Part shown: piece after piece, positions 18,190 through 26,530 of the stretch
How the letters are laid out: each line of letters begins with the position of its first letter
Numbering within the stretch: the first letter of the stretch is position 1
DNA from: Leptolinea sp.
Lineage (GTDB): Bacteria; Chloroflexota; Anaerolineae; Anaerolineales; Anaerolineaceae
Direction: 5' to 3'
NCBI GenBank assembly: GCA_022837205.1
Contig: JALHEL010000001.1
Location: forward strand, 1 to 36,790
DNA: 36,790 bases
Notes under the pieces: model-generated
The model's database searches: none
Told to the model about the DNA's origin: nothing
What the model saw: only the letters and a program-made list of their open reading frames with translations
Program-made: the position numbers and the translations under genes

Positions 18190-18634
18190 TGTTGTGATTC
18201 TCGGAATAGGAAACGAAGTCAAAGGAGATGATTTTGCCGGGTCATTAGCCGCCAAGTCAATACAAGCTTCTTTACCGCAGCAAACGGGCAATTTTTCCAT
18301 CTCGGTTTTCGATTGCGGCCCGGTTCCGGAAAACTTCACCGGTGTAATCAGAAAGATTTCTCCGGATTATATTCTGATCATTGATGCGGGCGACTTTGGA
18401 GAAGATGCCGGGGAAATCGGCTTTTTCAGTTGGAAAAAAGCGGAAGGATCTGAGATTTCGACTCATGCCCTTCCGCTTTCATTATTTTCCGGTTTCCTTG
18501 CGGCAGAACTGGATTGTGAAATAGGATTGCTCTTGATCCAACCAAAAAACTTATCTTATCTCGATCCGGTCCACCCGCTTATCAGCGAAGCGGTAAATAA
18601 AATCTCATCGGAAATAATAAAGATTTTTAGTTAA
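18119..18634 (+). CDS. hycI: Hydrogenase maturation endopeptidase, HycI family
   Basis: ILGIGNEVKGDDFAG, GPVPENF, IIDAGD, STHALPL. The TTG start after AAGGA overlaps the upstream gene by 71 nt, so the start is uncertain. Confidence 0.9.
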   Translation: MTESWQKQLIPVRKQLLAKKNNPNVVILGIGNEVKGDDFAGSLAAKSIQASLPQQTGNFSISVFDCGPVPENFTGVIRKISPDYILIIDAGDFGEDAGEIGFFSWKKAEGSEISTHALPLSLFSGFLAAELDCEIGLLLIQPKNLSYLDPVHPLISEAVNKISSEIIKIFS

Positions 18635-18640
18635 TCCTTT

Positions 18641-19732
18641 TTATTGTAAATTCAAGCTGGTGGCAAGTGACCAACCTTCGCACCCCGATTGTGTTCGGAT
18701 CTTATACCATTGTGTATACGCCATTTCTTTCGGACCTTCCGATATTTCAACAACAGATCCGTTTTTAGCGATACAATTTAATTTCTTCCCGACGCCGGGT
18801 TCTTCCAATACAAAAACCCCTTCCTCTTGTCCCGAATTGACAATCGCTTTTTTAATTGTCATTATTGTTTCTTCAGGTTGAGGAGTAATCGTATATTCCA
18901 CTAACTCTCGAACATCCTTTGCACATCGAAATCCCGTATAATTGTTTGCAGTTTTGGGATCCATTGCATATCGATTTGTAATATGAATTGAATGAATATC
19001 GGTCTTAAAAGAATCTCCTCGAACGACCTTTTCGGTCCCTTCTTCCGGTCCGGTTGGGTTTTTTTCAGGAGAAACAGAATAATAATCTGCACTGTACCAA
19101 TCTGAAGTCCATTCAGATACGTTCCCGACCATGTCAACTACACCGTAAGGACTGGCACCTTTCGGATAAGAATTCCCCATTTCTGTATCGCCCGGCACTT
19201 TCGTCATGTTGATTGTATAGGGTTTGGGATCTGAATTTCCCCATGGATACCGCCGGTAATCTTCCGCTCCCATGGCTGCCTTTTCCCATTCTGCTTCAGT
19301 GGGTAATCGCTTCCCCACATATTCGCAATAATCCGATGCATCTTGCCAAGTCACATTAATCACCGGAAAACGTGAAAACCAGTCGACGCCATAGTACGGA
19401 TCGCGTGTTTCGCTTGATTTTACTTCCGGTTCTTTACAGGCACCGGCCGCAACACATTCAGCATATTGCCCGTTCGTAACCTCTAATATATCGAAATAAT
19501 AAGGATCTAAATAAACGATATGCAAAGGTTTTGCATCTTCTTTCGCATTTAAATCTTGCTGTTGGGCTCCTACTGTCGAATAGCCCGCATCGATAAAAAC
19601 CATATTATAAGGAGTTTCGGATTGATAAATCTCAGATGATGAATCCGAATCCGCAAAAACTTTAAAATCCGGAAATAGTTGACAAATCAACAATAACACA
19701 AACAATAACCCAATAGACTTTCTTTTATTCAT
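18641..19732 (-). CDS. Secreted FGE-sulfatase (SUMF1/CLec-fold) domain protein with C-terminal SH3-like domain
   Basis: Signal peptide; EVTNGQY, PVINVTWQDA, RLPTEAEWEKAA, GNVSEW, GFRC; C-terminal WYKIRT..EGW. Confidence 0.88.
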   Translation of the reverse strand: MNKRKSIGLLFVLLLICQLFPDFKVFADSDSSSEIYQSETPYNMVFIDAGYSTVGAQQQDLNAKEDAKPLHIVYLDPYYFDILEVTNGQYAECVAAGACKEPEVKSSETRDPYYGVDWFSRFPVINVTWQDASDYCEYVGKRLPTEAEWEKAAMGAEDYRRYPWGNSDPKPYTINMTKVPGDTEMGNSYPKGASPYGVVDMVGNVSEWTSDWYSADYYSVSPEKNPTGPEEGTEKVVRGDSFKTDIHSIHITNRYAMDPKTANNYTGFRCAKDVRELVEYTITPQPEETIMTIKKAIVNSGQEEGVFVLEEPGVGKKLNCIAKNGSVVEISEGPKEMAYTQWYKIRTQSGCEGWSLATSLNLQ

Positions 19733-19743
19733 AACTCCCCGTC

Positions 19744-20640
19744 TTAATGATTTGATTCATTTAAATGAACGCCTGCTAATTGTTCTATAACAGAAATAAT
19801 CGCCGAATTATCTTGCTGTCCGTTTCCCAACTGAAGCATCGCATTATACAATTGAGCATCGATCGCCGCAGATGGTAATGGAATTCCGTACTCACGAGCC
19901 GTTTCCATAATAATATTTAAATCTTTTGCCTGCAGATAAGCCTTGAACCCGGGTTCGCGATTCCCTTCAAACAACCGCTGTGGCTTTACATCCAAAGTCC
20001 AACATTGAGCCGCCCCCGCTTTGATTGCTTCGACCACTTTTTTACAATCAGCCCCCGCTTTTTGTGAAAAAATCAATAACTCCGCCATTGCGACCATTTG
20101 AGCCGCAACCATTATTTGATTTGCAGCTTTGGCAATTTGCCCCGTACCGGGACCACCAACATAAGTTATCGTCTTACCACATAAACTCAGAATCGGTTTA
20201 ACTTTTTCCAATATAAAATCATCACCGCCCACCATAATTGTCAAGGTACCCTGTTTCGCACCGATATCGCCGCCACTGACCGGTGCATCCAATGATTTGA
20301 TCCCTTTTTCCGCTAATTTTTCATATATTTGACGCGATACAGCCGGTTTTATTGTTGAATGATCAACATAAATCAAACCCGGTTTTCCTCCCTCACTGAT
20401 TCCTTTTTCCCCAAAAACCACATTCAATACATCCGGCGAATCCGGTAAATTCGTAAAAACAACATCTGTATTTGCGGCAACTTCAGCCGGAGAAAAAGCT
20501 TCCGTTGCCCCTTCGGATACCAATTCTTTTACGATCTCTCTGCTGCGATTGTGTACCATGACCGGGTAACCGCCATGCAAAATATTCCGTGCCATGGATT
20601 TTCCCATTATTCCCAAACCGATATAACCGACTTTTAACAT
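19744..20640 (-). CDS. Beta-hydroxyacid dehydrogenase (2-hydroxy-3-oxopropionate reductase, GarR/GlxR-like)
   Basis: GYIGLGIMG, LDAPVSGG, GTLTIMVGG, GQIAKAANQ, PGF..KDL. Confidence 0.9.
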   Translation of the reverse strand: MLKVGYIGLGIMGKSMARNILHGGYPVMVHNRSREIVKELVSEGATEAFSPAEVAANTDVVFTNLPDSPDVLNVVFGEKGISEGGKPGLIYVDHSTIKPAVSRQIYEKLAEKGIKSLDAPVSGGDIGAKQGTLTIMVGGDDFILEKVKPILSLCGKTITYVGGPGTGQIAKAANQIMVAAQMVAMAELLIFSQKAGADCKKVVEAIKAGAAQCWTLDVKPQRLFEGNREPGFKAYLQAKDLNIIMETAREYGIPLPSAAIDAQLYNAMLQLGNGQQDNSAIISVIEQLAGVHLNESNH

Positions 20641-20878
20641 GGTCTCCTCATACTTTTCCTTTGATATTTCTATTCATATATATTTTTACCATTTAAAATT
20701 TTCATTTTCTGATATTTAAGTTTTATTTTAACCTCCTCCTCTTTATTATTTCGAAATAGATATTTTTAAAATATATTTAACGTAGAATAATTCCTGATTA
20801 TCCGTTGATACTTCTCATTGGGGTTATAATCAACAAGATTGTCACTATATAGCTTTCCAAACAATTGCAGGAGGATGA

Positions 20879-21739
20879 ATGCCATTCCATATTCTTGTAG
20901 ATTCAGGTAGCGATCTCCCAAAAAGCCTGACGAATTCTTATCAAAACTTCAGCCTGTTGTATCTCTCATATATTATAGACGGAGAGCCCGGACCGATTGA
21001 TATGCCCGGAGAAGAATTTTACAGAAGGCTCAGAAACGGAAGTATGTCCGTAACCAGCCAAATTAATCCCGAAGCCTTTATCGAAGAATATGAGCGATTA
21101 ATCAAGGAAGGACAAAAAGAAATACTCTATATCGGTTTTTCTTCGGGACTGAGCGGGACCTATGGAAGCGGAAAAATGGCGGCGGACACCCTTTCGAAGA
21201 AATATCCGGATTGCAAAATCTTTACCGTTGACACTTTATCTGCTTCGATGGGATATGGCTTGCTCGTCGATTATGCGATCAGACAACGGGATTCGGGAAA
21301 AAGTATTGAACAGGTAAGGGATTGGCTCGAAGAAAATAAACTCAAAATGAATCATTGGTTTACCGTTGATGATCTTCATTTTTTGGAGCGCGGAGGTAGA
21401 GTATCAGCCAGCTCCGCTTGGTTTGGCAGTGCATTAAATATTAAACCGGTTATGAACATGGATGATGCCGGCCATTTGATTCCCAGAGAAAAGATTATGG
21501 GAAGAAACAAAGCGATTAAACGATTATATGAAAAAATGAAAGAAATGGCGGTAGAACCTCAGAACCAACGGATTTTCATCAGCCATGGTGATTGTATGGA
21601 AGATGTTGAAAAACTTGAGAAGTTAATTCATGATAATTTGGGGGTAAATGATTTTACCGTTAATTATGTCGGCAATGTTATCGGTTCGCATACAGGACCC
21701 GGTGTCTTAGCTTTATTCTTTTTAGGAAATCATCGATAA
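20879..21739 (+). CDS. DegV family fatty-acid-binding protein (second paralog)
   Basis: VDSGSDL, TSQIN, FSSGLSGTY, LERGGRVS, IKPV, SHTGPG. SD AGGAGG. Confidence 0.94.
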   Translation: MPFHILVDSGSDLPKSLTNSYQNFSLLYLSYIIDGEPGPIDMPGEEFYRRLRNGSMSVTSQINPEAFIEEYERLIKEGQKEILYIGFSSGLSGTYGSGKMAADTLSKKYPDCKIFTVDTLSASMGYGLLVDYAIRQRDSGKSIEQVRDWLEENKLKMNHWFTVDDLHFLERGGRVSASSAWFGSALNIKPVMNMDDAGHLIPREKIMGRNKAIKRLYEKMKEMAVEPQNQRIFISHGDCMEDVEKLEKLIHDNLGVNDFTVNYVGNVIGSHTGPGVLALFFLGNHR

Positions 21740-21771
21740 GTAAAAAAAATAAACAAATTAAGATTAACAAG

Positions 21772-21811
21772 AATGAGGGCACCATAAAAGTTTGATAGCG
21801 CCCTCATTTTT
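21772..21811. terminator. Hairpin terminator between convergent degV and alaS
   Basis: AATGAGGGC (21772-21780) pairs with GCCCTCATT (21800-21808), followed by Ts. Confidence 0.7.
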
Positions 21812-21891
21812 ATATTAAATGTTTTATTATTCGGTTGAATAAAGTTTCTTCGGTATCCTTGCCGATTAACAATTTTTCTTCACAAATTAAT

Positions 21892-24630
21892 TTATCGAAG
21901 CTTTTCCCGAACCATTTTTACAGCGGCATCCAGCGCTTCCTGCGCTTTGTTGATATCCTTCCCGCCTCCCTGTGCCATATTGGGACGTCCTCCGCCTTTA
22001 CCTCCGGTAAGAGCTGAAATATTTCGAATGATCTCCCCGGCATTGATTCCACGTTGAATCAGTGAATCAGAAACAGCAGCAATAAATTGAACTTGTCCGT
22101 CATCTGTATTCGTGCCTAAGACGACAACAGCATTGGGATTTTCTGCCTTAAATTGATCAGCCATATTTCTCAGCGATTCAATTGTTGAATCTGAAATCAT
22201 TGCGGTTAATACATTCGCATCTTTAATTTTTTGTGCGTTTTCCCAAAACTTCTTAAAATCTTTTAATGCAATTTGTGTTTGAAGTTGAACGATTTCTTTT
22301 TGATACTTATTCGAAATTGCTTGCAAATTTTCCACTTTTTCGAATATATCGTCTGTAGAGGCATTTAAGATTGATGCCAAATTCTTCACTATTTGTGTAT
22401 TCTTTCGTGCAGTCATATTTGCGGTTCGTCCGGTAATGGCTTCAATACGCCGGATGCCCGTCGAAACACTGCCTTCGCTCATTATCATGAACAATCCGAT
22501 TTCACCGGTATTGCTTACATGAGTGCCGCCACATAACTCGGCAGAAAAAAGTTCATCATCATCTCCCACTCTGACTACGCGAACTATTTCACCATACTTT
22601 TCATTAAATATTGCGGTCACGCCTTCATTTATAGCATCATCTAATTTTTCGATTGTGGTTGTTACCGGAATACATTCCAAAATCTTTTCGTTAACGATAG
22701 TTTCGACCCTGCTTAATTCTTCATTTGTCAGAGCTCTGCTTGAATTGAAGTCAAATCGCAAATGATCGGCAGCAACCAAAGATCCTGCTTGCCTTGCTTC
22801 TTCACCGATTACTTCTCTCAGAGCAGCGTGTAACAGATGAGTCGCGGTATGGTTTCGCATGATATCCTTGCGACGCTGTTTATCGACAACCACCTTGACA
22901 GTCTCTCCTACCGAAATACTTCCCGATTCTGCTTTCCCGTAATGAACGGTAAGTCCGGCAACCGGCCTACGGATTCCTTCTACCCTAAATTCAAAAGACC
23001 CGTCTTCCGAACGAATCCACCCATTGTCTCCCACTTGGCCGCCCATTTCCATATAAAAATTGGTCTGCGAAACAATCAGTTCGCCAAATTGACCTTCTTC
23101 TATTTTTTCAACACGCTGTCCGTCTACCAGAGCCATGATCAATTTGGCTTCTACATCCTTGGTCTGATAAGGATCGCAAATTACGCCTTCTTCACCCAAC
23201 AACTTTGACTCTTTCAAAAAGGACAGATGCATCCCATATTGTTCCGCATCCTCTCCCCCCATTTTTCCAAAAATCTTCCCGGCACCGGAAGCAATGCGAT
23301 GAGCTTCACTTGCTTTTTTAAATCCTTCACGATCAACATCCAAACCGTATTCACGGACGATATCATAGGTAATTTCAAGAGGAAGACCGTGCGTTGAATA
23401 AAGATTGAAACAAGTTTCTCCATCGATTATTTTTTGACCGCTCCTCTTCATTTCCTCAATAATTTCGTTGAGTTGGTTGATTCCGTTTTCAAGTGTTTTA
23501 TTAAATCTCTCTTCCTCCCAGGATACCGAATGAAGAATTGATTCTTTCATTCTATTTAATTCCGGATAAGCATCTCCATAATTCTCAATCACCTTTTCCG
23601 CAACTTTGCTCATGAACGGTTCTTTCAAGCCGAGTTGGTAACCAAATCGAACAGCTCTGCGAATGATCATCCGGCAAACATAGTTTCTGCCAATATTTCC
23701 GGGAACAACACCGTCCGCAATCAGAAAAGCAGAAGCGCGAGCGTGATCAGCGATCACTCGATAAGGCGTAAAATTCGAATACATCTCGTCATCGCTTACT
23801 TTGGTTAATTTTTGAATTTCACGAATCATCGGCAAAAATAGATCCGTCTTATAATTTGAGTCTGTTTTTTGCAGAATCGATACAATTCTTTCAAATCCCA
23901 TACCCGTATCAACGAAATGCTGAGTTAGTGGATTTAATGTAGTTTCATTCAGGCGGTTATATTGGATAAACACCAAATTCCATAATTCCAAGAAACGACC
24001 GCAATCTCCGTTTACATGACAAATATGACCCGGGATGCCTTTTTTATTGCAGTGGCTTTCACCCAAATCGATGTGAATCTCACTGCAAGGCCCACATGGT
24101 CCCGTGTCAGCCATTTCCCAGAAATTTTCCTTCCGCCCGAAATACAGGACGTGGTCCTTATTCATTCCGGGCTGAGTATTCCAAATTTCAAAGGCTTCTT
24201 CATCGGTGGGAATCTCATCTTTTTCATCTCTGAAACATGTAGCCCAAAGTATATCTTTGTCTAATCCCCATACATTGGTCAAAAGATCCCATGCCCATGT
24301 AATCGCTTCTTTTTTGTAATAATCTCCGAAAGACCAATTCCCCAGCATTTCAAAAAAAGTGTGATGAAAATCATCACGTCCGACATCATCCAAATCGTTG
24401 TGTTTTCCCGAGACTCGCATACACTTTTGACTGTCACAAGCACGCTTATAGGGTCTTACGTCCGTTCCGAGAAAAACATCTTTAAATTGAACCATCCCCG
24501 CATTCGTAAATAGAAGAGTCTGATCCTCAGCCGGAACAAGCGATGCAGACCGTACCGCTGTATGACCTCTTTCAACAAAGTAATCAATAAATTGTTGCCG
24601 AATTTCATTCCCGCTAAGCTTTTTTTCCAT
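21892..24630 (-). CDS. alaS: Alanine--tRNA ligase
   Basis: LLFTNAGMVQFK, HHTFFEMLGNWSFGDY, GPCGPCSEI, DTGMGFER, editing motifs HTATH and CGGTH, C-terminal GGKGGG. Confidence 0.99.
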   Translation of the reverse strand: MEKKLSGNEIRQQFIDYFVERGHTAVRSASLVPAEDQTLLFTNAGMVQFKDVFLGTDVRPYKRACDSQKCMRVSGKHNDLDDVGRDDFHHTFFEMLGNWSFGDYYKKEAITWAWDLLTNVWGLDKDILWATCFRDEKDEIPTDEEAFEIWNTQPGMNKDHVLYFGRKENFWEMADTGPCGPCSEIHIDLGESHCNKKGIPGHICHVNGDCGRFLELWNLVFIQYNRLNETTLNPLTQHFVDTGMGFERIVSILQKTDSNYKTDLFLPMIREIQKLTKVSDDEMYSNFTPYRVIADHARASAFLIADGVVPGNIGRNYVCRMIIRRAVRFGYQLGLKEPFMSKVAEKVIENYGDAYPELNRMKESILHSVSWEEERFNKTLENGINQLNEIIEEMKRSGQKIIDGETCFNLYSTHGLPLEITYDIVREYGLDVDREGFKKASEAHRIASGAGKIFGKMGGEDAEQYGMHLSFLKESKLLGEEGVICDPYQTKDVEAKLIMALVDGQRVEKIEEGQFGELIVSQTNFYMEMGGQVGDNGWIRSEDGSFEFRVEGIRRPVAGLTVHYGKAESGSISVGETVKVVVDKQRRKDIMRNHTATHLLHAALREVIGEEARQAGSLVAADHLRFDFNSSRALTNEELSRVETIVNEKILECIPVTTTIEKLDDAINEGVTAIFNEKYGEIVRVVRVGDDDELFSAELCGGTHVSNTGEIGLFMIMSEGSVSTGIRRIEAITGRTANMTARKNTQIVKNLASILNASTDDIFEKVENLQAISNKYQKEIVQLQTQIALKDFKKFWENAQKIKDANVLTAMISDSTIESLRNMADQFKAENPNAVVVLGTNTDDGQVQFIAAVSDSLIQRGINAGEIIRNISALTGGKGGGRPNMAQGGGKDINKAQEALDAAVKMVREKLR

Positions 24631-24849
24631 AAGAGACTCTCCGGTAATCCTGTTTGTTATTCATCTTTTTTGCTGAATTATTATAAACCAGCAGATATCG
24701 ATAGTGAATAAAAAGAGCGATTAAACAGACAATTTTTTCGGTTGAATTTCTCCCTTCCTTACTCTTTATTCTTGCAATATTCATTTAATATCAGTATGGA
24801 AAAAAGGTATAATTTGCATTCAGTTTAGTTCGAGGCTGTTTATAAAATC

Positions 24850-25443
24850 ATGATGAAACAAAATGCGACTCTTCGTCTTTTTATTGCTATAGAGCTTCCT
24901 GAGATGATTCGAAAACCACTCTCAGACAGCTTGAAGGACTCTGTCATTATCAAAAAAAAGAAAGCACGATTAACCTCCAAAGAGAACCTTCATATCACAT
25001 TGAAGTTTTTAGGAGATGTACAACAAGACAAAAGGGGTGATCTTCAGGCAGCGATTGCGAATTCAGTCGGCGGAATCGGTCCTTTTGAACTCAAAATTCA
25101 TTCCGGAGGCGTTTTTCCGACGATAAAAAAACCGCGGATTCTTTGGGCCGGATTTGATATTTCGAAAGAATTATCGGTTTTGGTGAACAACCTTGAAAAT
25201 GAGTTCGAAAAAATCGGATTTTCGAAAGATTTAAAACCATTCCAACCGCACATAACGTTAGCTCGAATTCCGGATTATGTATCTACAATGATTCCTGTCG
25301 AAAAAGATGAAATTATTAAAAATCTCGAGAAAATCGATCTTCCGCCTTTTACCGTCGACAAAATCTCTCTGATGAAGAGTATATTGCTTCCCGGAAAACC
25401 TGAATATCAGGTAATCAGTACACAAAATCTCAAAGTATGTTAA
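24850..25443 (+). CDS. thpR: RNA 2',3'-cyclic phosphodiesterase (2H phosphoesterase)
   Basis: RLFIAI, two HITL motifs, FP..PRILWAG. Confidence 0.93.
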   Translation: MMKQNATLRLFIAIELPEMIRKPLSDSLKDSVIIKKKKARLTSKENLHITLKFLGDVQQDKRGDLQAAIANSVGGIGPFELKIHSGGVFPTIKKPRILWAGFDISKELSVLVNNLENEFEKIGFSKDLKPFQPHITLARIPDYVSTMIPVEKDEIIKNLEKIDLPPFTVDKISLMKSILLPGKPEYQVISTQNLKVC

Positions 25444-25478
25444 GATGATGAAAACTATAAAATAAAGAGGAGGATAAA

Positions 25479-25823
25479 CTGGAAACCGTAACATTTGCTA
25501 GAAAAATTGTCGAAATTTTGGAAAATCATAAAGCGGAAGAAATAACGCTGATGGATGTAAGAGAACAAGTCGATTTTACAGATTACTTTATCATTTGCAC
25601 AGGTACAAGTGACAGAATGCTTCAAAGCTTGTCCGATGCGGTAAAAAACGAAATCAGAGAAAAATATCAAGTTCATTGCATCGTGCAAGGCATCGCAGAA
25701 GGGGGATGGATGCTTCTTGATATTGGAGATATCGTTGTCCATATTTTTTCACCGGACAGACGAAATTATTACAGCCTTGAAGAATTATGGAATGAATCTA
25801 AAATTCTCCTTAAGCTGCAATAA
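25479..25823 (+). CDS. rsfS: Ribosome silencing factor RsfS (probable CTG start)
   Basis: KAEEITLMDV, DYFIICTG, WMLLDIGDIVVHIF, YYSLEELW. Family-like N-terminus extends to CTG 25479, 5 nt after GAGGAGG. Confidence 0.93.
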   Translation: METVTFARKIVEILENHKAEEITLMDVREQVDFTDYFIICTGTSDRMLQSLSDAVKNEIREKYQVHCIVQGIAEGGWMLLDIGDIVVHIFSPDRRNYYSLEELWNESKILLKLQ

Positions 25824-25880
25824 TTTCTTATTTTCATTATATAATATTTCAATATTTTAAAAAGTCATTATCACTCACAT

Positions 25881-25900
25881 TAAGGAAAGTAATTTCCTTA
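25881..25900. promoter_or_regulatory. Perfect 8-4-8 inverted repeat upstream of the Rrf2 gene (candidate operator)
   Basis: TAAGGAAA-gtaa-TTTCCTTA. Confidence 0.45.
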
Positions 25901-25983
25901 TTTGTTGGTAATATATGATATAAAAGAAGAATATATAGCAATTATCCATTTATATATCAATACTTATTTTTTTGGAGGTAAAA

Positions 25984-26379
25984 ATGTTAAAGGTGAGTCG
26001 AAGATTAAATTATGGGTTACAGCTAATGCTTGCGTTAGCTTCGGATCCGAATAATACGTCCAAGTCGACGGCGGCAATTTCGGAAAGTCTTTCCATTCCG
26101 TTGCCATTTCTGCACCAAATTGCGCATACACTTCAGCAAAATGGTCTGATCAAAGCGACGCCGGGTCCGAAAGGTGGTTTAAGATTGGGTTCAAAAGGTT
26201 TGGATATCACACTTTATGATATCTTTAATGCCTTGGAAGGGCAATTCTCTGTACCGACCATTGAAACCGATATCGATACATCTGAAAATGACGTTGCAAT
26301 GGGTTTATGGAAGGAAATCGGCACAAAAATCAATAATATATTGAAGGAATATAAGCTCTCCGATCTTGTCGAATCCTAA
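25984..26379 (+). CDS. Rrf2 family transcriptional regulator (no cysteines)
   Basis: SRRLNYGL, IPLPFLHQI, GPKGGLRL, ITLYDIFNALEG. Start at ATG 25984 after GGAGGT. Confidence 0.9.
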   Translation: MLKVSRRLNYGLQLMLALASDPNNTSKSTAAISESLSIPLPFLHQIAHTLQQNGLIKATPGPKGGLRLGSKGLDITLYDIFNALEGQFSVPTIETDIDTSENDVAMGLWKEIGTKINNILKEYKLSDLVES

Positions 26380-26463
26380 ATATCTGATCATATGGCATAA
26401 GATCCCGAATGATTGATTCAGATCCGAATTGGATTAATTTGACGTAAATAATTCGGTATTTTT

Positions 26464-26509
26464 AAAAATAAAAGCGCTCCGATTTCATAAATGGAGCGCT
26501 TTTTATTTT
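26464..26509. terminator. Bidirectional intrinsic terminator
   Basis: AAAAATAAAAGCGCTCC-loop-GGAGCGCTTTTTATTTT between convergent genes. Confidence 0.85.
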
Positions 26510-26530
26510 GAAAATGAGAAGTGTTTAAGA

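Noticed and set aside
18900-19030. FGE/CLec domain as a diversity-generating retroelement target
   Set aside because: No reverse transcriptase and no second adenine-variant copy of this segment were seen in the window.
24631-24849. T-box upstream of alaS
   Set aside because: No T-box motif or terminator on the minus strand; a -10-like element lies close to the gene.
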